This document shows positions 21,398-30,966 of a DNA stretch of 64,000 bases, piece by piece (the stretch's first letter is position 1; each line of letters opens with the position of its first letter). The position numbers were made by a program, and so were the translations under genes. Location of the stretch: NCBI GenBank assembly GCA_963723515.1, contig CAVRQT010000003.1, positions 1-64,000 on the forward strand, in the 5' to 3' direction. The notes below the pieces were generated by a model that worked only from the letters and a program-made list of their open reading frames with translations, ran no database searches and had not been told where the DNA came from. This DNA is from Vulcanimicrobiota bacterium. Lineage in GTDB: Bacteria; Vulcanimicrobiota; Vulcanimicrobiia; Vulcanimicrobiales; Vulcanimicrobiaceae.

Positions 21398-22480
21398 ATG
21401 AGCAACCTTATTCGCAAAGCATGGCTTGTCGCAGCATTGCTGTTCGCATCTGCAGCGATCTCGAACGCCGCAACCGCGCCGGTTCAAACGCTTCCAAATC
21501 TCTCGGGAGGCGGCGGATGGCTGAACAGCGTTCCGCTTTCGCGCGAGCAACTCTTAGGGAAAGTCGTGCTCGTCGACTTCTGGGAATACACGTGCATCAA
21601 TTGCTTGCACACGCTGCCGTATCTGCGCGAGTGGTACAGGCGCTATAAAGATCAGGGCTTCGTCATCGTCGGCATTCACACGCCGGAATTCATTTTTTCC
21701 GCCCAGCCATCGAACGTCGCCGCGGCAACAAAGCACCTGGGCGTCGATTGGCCGGTTCTGCTGGATCCGAATCTTACGCTGTGGCACCGCTTCGACAATA
21801 GTGTCTGGCCGCACGAGTATCTCTACGATCAGAGCGGCAACTTGATCGAGAATGCCGAGGGTGAAGGCAATTACCAGCAAACGGAGCACGCGATTCAAAC
21901 AGCGATTAAGGCGCGAGATCCGCAGTTCAAAGCGCCTCCGCTCATGGCCCTCTTGCCGCAGGACAACTATACAAAGCCGGGATCGGTGTGCTACCCGCAT
22001 ACGCCGGAGGTGCAAGTCGGCATCATGCGCGGTCCGGGGCCCGCGAATCTTGCGCGTTACATGAATCCGGTGGTCGAGAATAACTTCTCCGATCCCGGAT
22101 CCCATCGTGACGGCGCCGTCTACTTGCGCGGCTATTGGCGGCCGACCGATCAGGCGCTCATCTCCGCCGCAAACGACGGATCGGCCATGCTGAAGTACCA
22201 TGCGATTCAAGTCGTCGCGGTGATGAGGCCCGAGGATGGCGTATCCACCCGCGTCAACGTGACGCAAGACGGTGCGCCGATCGCGCATCAAGATGCCGGT
22301 TCGGACATTCGCTATGCGGCCGACGGCACGTCGTACGTCGATGTCGATTCGTCGCGCGCGTACGATCTGATCATGAACAAGCACTACGGCCAGCACGAGC
22401 TGGCGCTGTCTCCGCAACGCGTCGGGCTTGGCCTCTACAGTTTCGATTTTGAATCTTGCGAGGTGGGCTCAGACCGGTGA
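21398..22480 (+). CDS. Secreted thioredoxin-like redoxin (DipZ C-terminal-like)
   Basis: Signal peptide; GKVVLVDFWEYTCINC, GIHTPEF, GEGNY, HTPE. Confidence 0.85.
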   Translation: MSNLIRKAWLVAALLFASAAISNAATAPVQTLPNLSGGGGWLNSVPLSREQLLGKVVLVDFWEYTCINCLHTLPYLREWYRRYKDQGFVIVGIHTPEFIFSAQPSNVAAATKHLGVDWPVLLDPNLTLWHRFDNSVWPHEYLYDQSGNLIENAEGEGNYQQTEHAIQTAIKARDPQFKAPPLMALLPQDNYTKPGSVCYPHTPEVQVGIMRGPGPANLARYMNPVVENNFSDPGSHRDGAVYLRGYWRPTDQALISAANDGSAMLKYHAIQVVAVMRPEDGVSTRVNVTQDGAPIAHQDAGSDIRYAADGTSYVDVDSSRAYDLIMNKHYGQHELALSPQRVGLGLYSFDFESCEVGSDR

Positions 22481-22601
22481 GCGCCTTGATGGCTGCCCAG
22501 ATTCCTTTAAGCTGTCTTTCATTTTCTCTGGTCGCGGCCGTAGGATTTGCGTGCTCGCAGATGGCAATCTTAATGCCGTCCATCCTTTAGGGGGAACCGT
22601 G

Positions 22602-25600
22602 ATGCAAAAACGTTGTTTTCGGTTTGCAGGGATAATCGCAATCGCATTGCTTGCAATGCTGGCGCAAGGAACCTGGGCGGTTGCCGGCACGACCGGCGCA
22701 CTTTCGGGCGTCGTTTACGAAGCCCGAACGCTCAAGCCGCTGGCGGACGCGCAAGTGACCGCGAGCAGTCCGTCGCAAAGCGCGACGACGAGGACAGATG
22801 CGACCGGGCACTTCAGCTTCGTTTCCCTCGCCCCGGACACGTACACCGTTTCCGTCTCCAAGGATGGATACGAGCCGACAAGCCACTCAGGCAACGTCGT
22901 CTTTGCGGACCAGACGCAGACGATAACCCTGAACGTCGAGCCCAAACTGCGAGAGATCGGAAACGTGACGAGCCGCTCGGTCAGCGACCTCGTGAAATCG
23001 GGCACGACGGCCGACGTCTATTCGGTGAACGCCGCACAAGCGGAACGCGTCGGTGCGCTCGGCGGTGGCGGAGGCCTGAACAACGCGTACTCCGCAATTG
23101 CGTCGGTGCCGGGCGTGTACGAGCCGATGAACCAAAACGGCTACTACCAAACGGTGCACATCCGCGGCGGCGATTACGACCAAGTCGGTTATGAGATGGA
23201 CGGCGTTCCGGTCAACCGGAGCTTCGACAACTATCCGGCGGGCACAGCGTCCTCGCTCGGCCAGCAAGAGCTCCAAGTCTATACGGGCGCGTCGCCCGCC
23301 AACTCCGAAGGACAGGGCCTGGCCGGTTACATCAATCAGGTCATCCGGACCGGAACCTATCCCGGATTCGGATTGATCGACATCGGCGTCGGCGGCCCGG
23401 CCTACTACCATAAGTTGAGTGCCGAAGCCGGCGGCGCAACGCCCAACCGCAACTTCTCGTATTACGTCGGCGTCGGCGGCTACAACAATGACGACTTCCG
23501 CTACATCGATCCATGGAACGGATCCGCGTATTCGCAAACGTACGGAAACGTGATCGGCTTCGATCCGAATGGCAACGCGGTATTCGGTGGACCGAATACT
23601 TTCTTGGAATCAGGACTATCGGATCGCGATGTCGTGGCGAACGTGCATATCGGCATTCCGCATCGCAACGATGCGGGAAGAGACGACGTCCAACTGCTTT
23701 GGGATAGTCAACTGCTCAAGACGTCATTCTACGATTCAACGAACGACGTCGGTCAGAACGTCTACCAGACGCTCGGCAACGGCTTGCCGGCGTGGCTCGA
23801 CTCCGCGGTGTATAGCGGCTCGGTCGGCGCACCGTTGCCCACAAACTACGGCTCGATGTTCTTGCCGTACTACTTTCCGAATTCTTCGACGAGCCGATGC
23901 ATCAACACGCCGGGATTCGGCGCCTTGTCGTGTGCGACGCCGGCGTTGATTCCGTTTGACGCGCGGGACACGATTTGGAACGATCAAGAGATCATCAAGC
24001 TGCAATATCAGAAGAATCTGAGCACGAACGCGTACTTCCGCGTCTACGGGTACAGTTATTATTCGGATTGGCTGCAGAACGGGGCGCAGACGGCGCTCGC
24101 CAACTTCTTCGGACCGTCCGGTCCCGACTACGAACTGATCACCCATACGCGGGGCGTCAGCGCCAGCTTCGCGGACCAGGTGAACCCGCAGCATCTGGTT
24201 GAGGCGCAAGCGTCTTATAGCACCGCTTCGACGGTGCGCTACAACAACTCGAGCATGTACAACGGCGGCGGCCAAGTAGCCCTTGTCAATGCGAGTAATC
24301 CAAACGCCGGCATCTGTTACGATCCGGCCTTCAGCGGCACTCCGATCTCGTGCAACAACGGCGGCTTACAGCTGCTCGCGCCCGGCCAATCCTTGCCGGC
24401 GATTCCCGGCGGCTCAACGTGCGGGGGCGGCTCGTGTCAATACTTCGTTGTTGAAAACGGCATTTCCGGAACCTTTAACACGGTTGTCCCGAAATTCGCA
24501 GCGGCTTCGATTACGGATCAGTGGAAGCCGAACGACAAGCTGCTCGTGAATCTCGGCATCCGCTGGGATCAATTCCAATTTCAAGGTGCCGACACAACCG
24601 GCGGTGCGCGCCCGTTTTGGTTCAACGAATTCAACGCGAACTCGTGCATCAATCCGCTGACGGGCATTCCGATCGATAAATCGGCAATCGGGGGCGGGTT
24701 CGGACCGACGACGCCGTGCGCATCGATTCCATTCGCGGGCGGCGGCTTCTATTCGACCCCAAACCTTCAGAACGTTCCGTCACAGACGTTCACGTACAAC
24801 GTCTGGCAGCCGCGTCTTGCTGCGACTTATACGATCAATCCGGATACGGTTATTCGCGGCAGCTTCGGCCGCTATGCGGAGCCGGCAAGTGCGGCGTACG
24901 AGCAATACAATACGAAGCAGCAAGATCTTGCCGACTTCCTCGCCGATCGCTTCTACCAGTACGGCTTCACAACGCCCGGACATAACGTGCGCCCCTCGAT
25001 TTCGCTGAACTACGATCTCTCGCTCGAGAAGCATATTCGCGGCACGAGCTGGAGCTACAAATTGACCCCGTTTTACCGGAAGACTCAAGATCAAGTCGAG
25101 AATTTCTTCCTCAATCAGCAGACTGGGTTCATCTCGGGATTCAACGCCGGCAATCTGACCGCAAAAGGTGTCGAGGTGCAGGTTAACGCCGGCGACTTCA
25201 ATCGCAACGGGTTCGCGGGGCAGCTCGCGTTCACGTACACGAATGCCTACGTCAACTACAACACCTTGCCCAATGGAACTTCCGTCGTATCGGCGATCAA
25301 TCAGGACATCAAGAATTACAACTCCTACACATCGTTCTGCGCGCAGAATCCTTCGAATGTCAGTTGCGCGGGCGGTTCGACGTCGTCGGGCGCCGGCGCG
25401 CCGTGTTACTCGACGGCCGGTGTTCCAGCGCCCGGCTGTCCGATCGGCAGTATTGCGAATCCCTATTGGAATGCTCCGCCTCAAGGGCTGCTCGACGCGC
25501 ATGCAAACTTTGTTCCGTACGACATCTTCCCGGCGGGGATCGGCGTTTCGGCAGATTCCTACAACGTACCGTATGTCGCGACGTTGGTCTTGAACTACAA

Positions 25601-26195
25601 GCACGATAAGCTATCGATTACGCCTTCGTTCCAGTTCGCCGCTGGAAATCGTTACGGATCGCCCGAGTCGACACCCGGTGTGGCGCCCGACACTTGCAGC
25701 GGCGTTCTGCCGGGCGGCCTCGATCGCGGGCGCTATCCCTTTGGGGCGCCAGGCGGTTCACCGTACGACGCGACGACATGCGGCACTCTGAACGCGATAC
25801 CGGATCCCTTCACCGGCATCTTTGATCCGCCCGGCTCCTTCCGCAATCCATCGCAGCTGCTTGGCAACCTCCAGCTCTCCTATGAAGTATCACCGAAAAT
25901 CACGATCACGGCGACGTTTGCGAATCTGATCAACCACTGCTTCGGCGGACAGACGACGCCGTTCACGTACAACGCGTCGACGAATATCTGCAGCTACACG
26001 ACGCTGTACAGCGCGGGGTCGCTGCTGCCGCCAATCGGGAACGTGTACAACCCGGACGCGGTGGGCAACGTCCCATCGAACGTTCCGCAGTTCTTACGCT
26101 ACCCGTACGAACCTTCGTTTGGTCCGGTGAATGTCGATGGAAACTCGACGCGACAGCCGTTCAACTTCTACCTGACGGCCCACATCAAGCTATAA
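22602..26195 (+). CDS. Second TonB-dependent receptor-like outer membrane protein
   Basis: Signal peptide, shared AGTTG, DLVKSGTTADVYSVN, IRGG..YEMDGVPVN motifs; GGGGGA RBS. Confidence 0.82.
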   Translation: MQKRCFRFAGIIAIALLAMLAQGTWAVAGTTGALSGVVYEARTLKPLADAQVTASSPSQSATTRTDATGHFSFVSLAPDTYTVSVSKDGYEPTSHSGNVVFADQTQTITLNVEPKLREIGNVTSRSVSDLVKSGTTADVYSVNAAQAERVGALGGGGGLNNAYSAIASVPGVYEPMNQNGYYQTVHIRGGDYDQVGYEMDGVPVNRSFDNYPAGTASSLGQQELQVYTGASPANSEGQGLAGYINQVIRTGTYPGFGLIDIGVGGPAYYHKLSAEAGGATPNRNFSYYVGVGGYNNDDFRYIDPWNGSAYSQTYGNVIGFDPNGNAVFGGPNTFLESGLSDRDVVANVHIGIPHRNDAGRDDVQLLWDSQLLKTSFYDSTNDVGQNVYQTLGNGLPAWLDSAVYSGSVGAPLPTNYGSMFLPYYFPNSSTSRCINTPGFGALSCATPALIPFDARDTIWNDQEIIKLQYQKNLSTNAYFRVYGYSYYSDWLQNGAQTALANFFGPSGPDYELITHTRGVSASFADQVNPQHLVEAQASYSTASTVRYNNSSMYNGGGQVALVNASNPNAGICYDPAFSGTPISCNNGGLQLLAPGQSLPAIPGGSTCGGGSCQYFVVENGISGTFNTVVPKFAAASITDQWKPNDKLLVNLGIRWDQFQFQGADTTGGARPFWFNEFNANSCINPLTGIPIDKSAIGGGFGPTTPCASIPFAGGGFYSTPNLQNVPSQTFTYNVWQPRLAATYTINPDTVIRGSFGRYAEPASAAYEQYNTKQQDLADFLADRFYQYGFTTPGHNVRPSISLNYDLSLEKHIRGTSWSYKLTPFYRKTQDQVENFFLNQQTGFISGFNAGNLTAKGVEVQVNAGDFNRNGFAGQLAFTYTNAYVNYNTLPNGTSVVSAINQDIKNYNSYTSFCAQNPSNVSCAGGSTSSGAGAPCYSTAGVPAPGCPIGSIANPYWNAPPQGLLDAHANFVPYDIFPAGIGVSADSYNVPYVATLVLNYKHDKLSITPSFQFAAGNRYGSPESTPGVAPDTCSGVLPGGLDRGRYPFGAPGGSPYDATTCGTLNAIPDPFTGIFDPPGSFRNPSQLLGNLQLSYEVSPKITITATFANLINHCFGGQTTPFTYNASTNICSYTTLYSAGSLLPPIGNVYNPDAVGNVPSNVPQFLRYPYEPSFGPVNVDGNSTRQPFNFYLTAHIKL

Positions 26196-26215
26196 GATGC
26201 GACGGTAGAGCATCA

Positions 26216-26329
26216 CTGTCACCCTGAGCCCAGCCTGTGCTGAGCGGTGTCGAAGCATCGAAGGGCAACCGTTATGGCGGCGCTTCGACACTTCGACAAG
26301 CTCAGTGCAAGCTAAGCTCAGCGTGACAG
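26216..26329. repeat. Nested REP-like inverted repeat
   Basis: ctgtcaccctgagc ... gctcagcgtgacag with a second REP half inserted in each arm. Confidence 0.85.
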
Positions 26330-26338
26330 GGAAGAGTA

Positions 26339-26563
26339 GTGCAATACGGTTTTCAATGTGAGGAGTGCGAGGAGGCAATCTTCCCTTCCACAACGCGTTC
26401 GGAGCTCGCGTGGCTGCGCGACCGCTTGCACGTCGTTCGGGAAGTTGCAAAGCACGCGCAGACTGGGTTAGATACGTGGATGCTTGAGGGGATGGAGTTC
26501 CTCGACCGTCATAGCGGCCACAGCGTCGTGCTCGTCAGCCGAACGCCGTCTCGGCGCAGTTAG
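26339..26563 (+). CDS. Small hypothetical protein, possible Zn-binding (CxxC ... HxxH)
   Basis: 74 aa with FQCEEC and HSGH; purine-rich RBS. Confidence 0.6.
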   Translation: MQYGFQCEECEEAIFPSTTRSELAWLRDRLHVVREVAKHAQTGLDTWMLEGMEFLDRHSGHSVVLVSRTPSRRS

Positions 26564-26566
26564 GGA

Positions 26567-26878
26567 TCAGCGATGAAAGAAGATCGCTGAAATCGTTGTG
26601 ACCCAAGTGCCGAAGATCAGGCCAACGATCCAGCGGAACTGTGTGCTCACTTCAGTATGAAGCGTGTCGAATTTGCCGTCGACTTTTGCATCAAAGCGGT
26701 CGAGGCGCGTGTCAAAGCGGTCGAGGCGAATATCAATTCGGTCGAGGCGCGTATCCATACGGTCGAGGCGCGTGTCGATGCCATCTAGACGGGTATCGAT
26801 GCTGTTGAGGCGCGTGGGGATCTGCTCGTAAGCGCCCTCCAGGCGCCCCATACGAGGTTCGAGCGGCGCGCTGCTCAT
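26567..26878 (-). CDS. Heptad-repeat coiled-coil protein with C-terminal TM helix
   Basis: (I/M/F)DTRLDR repeats then WIVGLIFGTWVTTISAIFF. Confidence 0.75.
   Translation of the reverse strand: MSSAPLEPRMGRLEGAYEQIPTRLNSIDTRLDGIDTRLDRMDTRLDRIDIRLDRFDTRLDRFDAKVDGKFDTLHTEVSTQFRWIVGLIFGTWVTTISAIFFHR
26691..26816. repeat. 21-bp coding tandem repeat (about 6 units)
   Basis: Variants of tcaaagcggtcgaggcgcgtg. Confidence 0.8.
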
Positions 26879-26908
26879 GGTAATCCATTAGTTCCCTAAT
26901 TATAACGT

Positions 26909-26991
26909 GGCACCCTGAGCTGGTCGAAGGGCCGCGGTAATCGCGGCCAACCGTAATCGCGGCGCTTCCTGTCGCGGAGGGAGCTCAGCGC
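26909..26991. repeat. Degenerate REP-like element
   Basis: ggcaccctgagctggtcgaaggg ... gagctcagcgc with internal direct repeat gtaatcgcggc x2. Confidence 0.7.
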
Positions 26992-27001
26992 AAAAGAGAC
27001 G

Positions 27002-27283
27002 TTACTTTGGAATTTTTAGCTGTTGGCCCGGAACGACCGTGCTGTTCTGCAGATGGTTGATGGCGGCGATCCGATCCACGGCGTCTTGCACGCTAGCGTC
27101 CGGAGGCGTGTTGCGCGTGGCAATCGACCACAGCGAATCTCCGCGCTGCACCGTCAAGGTGGCGAACTGCTCGCTGCCGGCCGCGTAGAGATGCATCGTC
27201 GAGAGGGTCGGCAAAGCGACGGTCAGGCTGAGCCCAGCCAGCACGATCATCGGCATCAATGAGAACCGTCTCCGCCTAATCAT
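27002..27283 (-). CDS. LysM-domain membrane protein, YneA-like SOS cell-division inhibitor
   Basis: TM helix plus TVQRGDSLWSIA..N.L....VPGQQLKIP; divergent from lexA; GAGGAG RBS. Confidence 0.8.
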   Translation of the reverse strand: MIRRRRFSLMPMIVLAGLSLTVALPTLSTMHLYAAGSEQFATLTVQRGDSLWSIATRNTPPDASVQDAVDRIAAINHLQNSTVVPGQQLKIPK

Positions 27284-27343
27284 CTCGATCTCCTCATACC
27301 CATCGCTGGGCGGATGCGGCCAACTTCGGGCCATATTTTGGGG

Positions 27344-27357
27344 CAAACGTCTGTTCG
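27344..27357. promoter_or_regulatory. LexA (Cheo-type) SOS box
   Basis: cAAACgtctGTTCg. Confidence 0.75.
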
Positions 27358-27404
27358 TCCCCAATATTTTATCATACGGGCGCTCGCGGGTGTCAAGGAT
27401 TTTT

Positions 27405-27418
27405 CGAACGTATGTTTG
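27405..27418. promoter_or_regulatory. LexA (Cheo-type) SOS box
   Basis: cGAACgtatGTTTg, next to the putative -35 of lexA. Confidence 0.8.
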
Positions 27419-27445
27419 CCTTGCAGGGGTCCCCTGTGGTAGATT

Positions 27446-28054
27446 ATGGGCGTGAATCAGCCAACCGAGCGGCAACGCCGCATCCTCGAAGTGATCTCGG
27501 AATTTGCGGCGGAGCACGGCTACCCGCCCTCAGTGCGGGAGATCGGCGAACGCGTCGGCCTCTCGTCTTCTTCGACGGTGCAGTCCCATTTGAAGACCTT
27601 GGAGAGACGCGGCCTGATCACCCGAGACCCGACGAAGCCACGCGCCCTGCGCAGCGTTGGGTCATCGCCGAGCGGACCGGAGGTGCTGGCGATGCCGATC
27701 ATCGGCAAGGTCGCGGCCGGAACGCCGATCACGGCGCAAGAGAACGTCGAAGGGGAGTTCGCCTTACCGAGCGACTTCGCGCGCCATTCTGATTCGTTCA
27801 TGTTGCGGGTCAGCGGCGATTCGATGGTGGACGCTGCCATTTTAGACGGTGATCTCGTGCTCGTCCGTCCGCAAAGAACGGCGAGCAATGGAGAGATCGT
27901 CGTTGCGATGGTGGACGGCGAAGCGACGGTCAAGCGTTTTTATAAGGAATCCGATCGCATCCGGCTGCAGCCGGAGAATCGCACCATGGAGCCAATGTAC
28001 GCGCACGATGTTTCGATCATCGGACGCGTCGAAGCGGTCGTTCGCAAACTCTAG
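27446..28054 (+). CDS. lexA: SOS repressor LexA (start may be GTG 27452)
   Basis: GYPPSVREI HTH, VAAG cleavage site, GDSM Ser, ATVKR Lys. Confidence 0.95.
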   Translation: MGVNQPTERQRRILEVISEFAAEHGYPPSVREIGERVGLSSSSTVQSHLKTLERRGLITRDPTKPRALRSVGSSPSGPEVLAMPIIGKVAAGTPITAQENVEGEFALPSDFARHSDSFMLRVSGDSMVDAAILDGDLVLVRPQRTASNGEIVVAMVDGEATVKRFYKESDRIRLQPENRTMEPMYAHDVSIIGRVEAVVRKL

Positions 28055-28055
28055 C

Positions 28056-29272
28056 GTAGCGCAAAGTCCGCTTTTCGGATGGTTTGATCGGCGCATCGTG
28101 CCGGCGCTGCGCCGCTTCGGTGATGCGCCTGCGCTCGTTGCAATCCGCCGCGCGCTGCCATGGAGTCTGATCGGCCTCGGCGCCGCGCTGCCCGTCTTTT
28201 TTGCTTTGGCTCCGCATCAGCGCGGAACATTGGGGGCGGTCTTCGAATCGCGGATCGCCTTCGCGCTGCTTCCCGTCCTTTGCCATCATGGCGATCGTCC
28301 TCGTGTTCTTGTTGGCGCGCGAGCTGGCGCTGCAACTGAAAGTCTCGGTGCTTGGAATGGTGGTCGCTGCGCCGGCGGCCTTCTTTCTTTCACCGCCACC
28401 GGGTTCGCATCGGACCCTCGTTGCGTACCTGCATGCGCTTGGAACGGTGGGACTCTTCTTAGCGATCGCGCTCGCCTTACTTTGTGCGGCGATCTTGCTT
28501 CTCGTGCGGCGTTTCACGCCGCAGCGAATGGCGAAGGTAGCGGCTTTCGGCGCTACGGTTGCCATCATCGTCCTGGCGCTAGTGCTTTTCCGTTTGCACA
28601 TCTCTCCGGCGCAAGCGATTCTGATCGCCTTGCGGCCGCTCTCGGCGCTCGGTGACACCTATGTTGCACTCTTAGGGATTACCGTCGTTGAAACGGCGCT
28701 CTGGATAGCAGGCATTCATGGCCCGGCAACGCTCGCTGCCGTCGTGACGCCCGTTTACTTGACGCTGCAGTTGCAAAACACGGCCGCTTTTTCGAATCAC
28801 GAGGCATTGCCGCATCTCGTTGTCGTCTCGACGTTTCTCTTCGTCTTTCCGGGCGGCGCCGGCGCCACGCTTCCGCTGGTCTTTCTGCTGCTCTTCAGTC
28901 GCGCCGCGCGCCTTCGAAAGGTTGCCAAGCTGACGGCTCGTGCCGGCGATTTTTAACTTGAACGAGCCGCTGCTCTTCGGCCTGCCGGTCGTCTTCAATC
29001 CGTTTCTGTGCGTGCCGTTTGTGCTCGCCCCGGCGGTCCTCGCTACGGTCACCTACGTCGCGATGCGGATCGGCTTCGTGCGTGCGCCGATCTTTTACGT
29101 CCCTTCCTCACTCCCAACGGTTGCCTCAACGTATTTAGCGACGTTCGATTGGCGCGCGGTCGTGCTAGTCATCATCAACATCTTGATTGCCGCGGCGATC
29201 TATGTTCCGTTCGTGCGGGCGTACGATCAGCATGAAACGCAAATCAGCCTGCAAAGCGAAGCAGCGTGTTAG
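28056..29272 (+). CDS. PTS EIIC component, lactose/cellobiose (CelB/ChbC) family, frameshifts ~28278 and ~28938
   Basis: LWIAGIHG, GGAGATLPL, PAIFNLNEPLLFGLPVVFNP, IYVPFVRAYD. Confidence 0.8.
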
Positions 29273-30538
29273 AGCGGCTCTGTTCATCGTTCAATATCGA
29301 TGCCCAGATCGCGCGCGCTGCCGCCAATGCCCTTGAGCGCGCTCATGCTGTGACGTATCCGGCGCAGGCCGAAAATCGTGTGCGCATCTTGGAGGCGTTC
29401 ATTGAGGAAGGCATCGTCGAAAGCGATCTTTCCGGCGCGTTCGGCTACGGTTATGACGATCCGGCGCGCACGCGCTACGAGTCACTCTTGGCAAAGCTTT
29501 TCGGCGCGCAGGCGGCGCTCGGGCGCTTGTCGCTCGTCAGCGGAACCCATGCGATCGTGGCGGCGATTCGAGCACTCGTCCCGCCCGGCAAGACACTGCT
29601 TTCCATCACCGGCGCTCCCTACGACACGTTGCGCAACGCAATCCTAACCGCGCCGAATTCGCTGCTCAAATCCGGAATGCGGTATGAAGAGGTCGCTCTG
29701 CTTGATGACGACTTCAACGGTGCCGCGATCGCGCAGCAGCTCGAAGATCCCGATGTGGCGGCGTTTTTCGTTCAGCGCTCGCGCGGCTATGCACCGCGTC
29801 CCTCGATCGGCATCGAGAAATCTTCCACGCTCTTCACAACGGTGAAGAACGCGCGACCCGACGTGGCGATTCTCGTGGACAACTGTTACGGCGAATTCGT
29901 GGAGACGCGGGAGCCGACGCATGTCGGAGCCGACCTCGCGCTCGGCTCGCTGATCAAGAACATCGGCGGCGGCCTTGCGCCCGCGGGCGCCTACGCGATC
30001 GGGAGAGCCGATCTCATTGAAAAGATCGCGGCGCATCATTATGCGCCGGGACTGCGAAGCGGCGTCGGCCCGACGCTCGAATGCCGGCCGCTCTCTGTTG
30101 CAGGGCCTCTTCGTCGCGCCACTCGTTGTCGAGCAAACCTTGCGCGGGCTCGACTTTGCGGCGGCGCTCTTTGAAGAACTCGGTTACCGTGTCGATCCGC
30201 GCTGCGGCGCGCAGCGGACGGATAGTGTGCAGGCGATAGCGCTTGGCAGCGAGCAGCGCGTTCGCGCTTTTGCCGACGGTTTGCAGCGCGCCATGCCGAT
30301 CAACGCGCGGTTTCGTCCCGAGCCCGGACCGGTACCCGGCTACGCCGAGCCGGTGATCATGTCGAGCGGCGCCTTTATCAGCGGCGCGACGATCGAGCTC
30401 TCCTGCGATGCGCCGCTGCGTGAACCGTATGAGATCTACCTTCAGGGTGGGCTCTTTGCCGAGCATACAGTTGCCGGCGCGCTCTTGGCCGCGCAATCGC
30501 TGAGCAACTTGGGGGCCCGCCCGCGTCACTTCGACTGA
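29266..30538 (+). CDS. Methionine gamma-lyase family / aluminium-resistance (YnbB-like) PLP protein, frameshift ~30080
   Basis: GYGYDD, VSGTHAI, QRSRGY, DNCYGEFVE, GSLIKNIGGG, GATIELSCD. Confidence 0.88.
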
Positions 30539-30547
30539 GCTCAGTGC
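30527..30547. repeat. REP-like half element overlapping a stop codon
   Basis: cacttcgactgagctcagtgc. Confidence 0.6.
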
Positions 30548-30656
30548 TTGGGCGGGGGCGGCGGAGATCGCTTTTTGCCGCATCGTGGCAAAGACGATCG
30601 GAGCGCCAAGCGTTGCGCGCAGTGCAACGCTGTCTAAAAGTAGAATCGCGGTTGCA

Positions 30657-30950
30657 ATGTACTTGCTCGAGGTCCTAAGCGGACCATTGGACGGCAAGAC
30701 GTGGCAGTTCGAGCGTGAGATTACGATTGGGCGCGATGATTCCGTTGCCGACGCCTGCATCACGATCGACCGCTACATCTCGCGCAAGCATGCACTCGTA
30801 AAGGCGCAGGCTGGCCGCCTCGTGCTGACCGATCTGCAGAGCCGAAACGGCACCAAAGTCGGTGGGCGCGCAGTGCGCGGAGATGCCCGCTTGGAAGTCG
30901 GCGATCCGTTCGTCGTCGGCCGCACGGTGTTGCGGGTCATCGTCGCCTAG
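30657..30950 (+). CDS. Stand-alone FHA domain protein
   Basis: ITIGR, ISRKHA, DLQSRNGT. Confidence 0.88.
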   Translation: MYLLEVLSGPLDGKTWQFEREITIGRDDSVADACITIDRYISRKHALVKAQAGRLVLTDLQSRNGTKVGGRAVRGDARLEVGDPFVVGRTVLRVIVA

Positions 30951-30966
30951 CACACAGGGCAATCTT

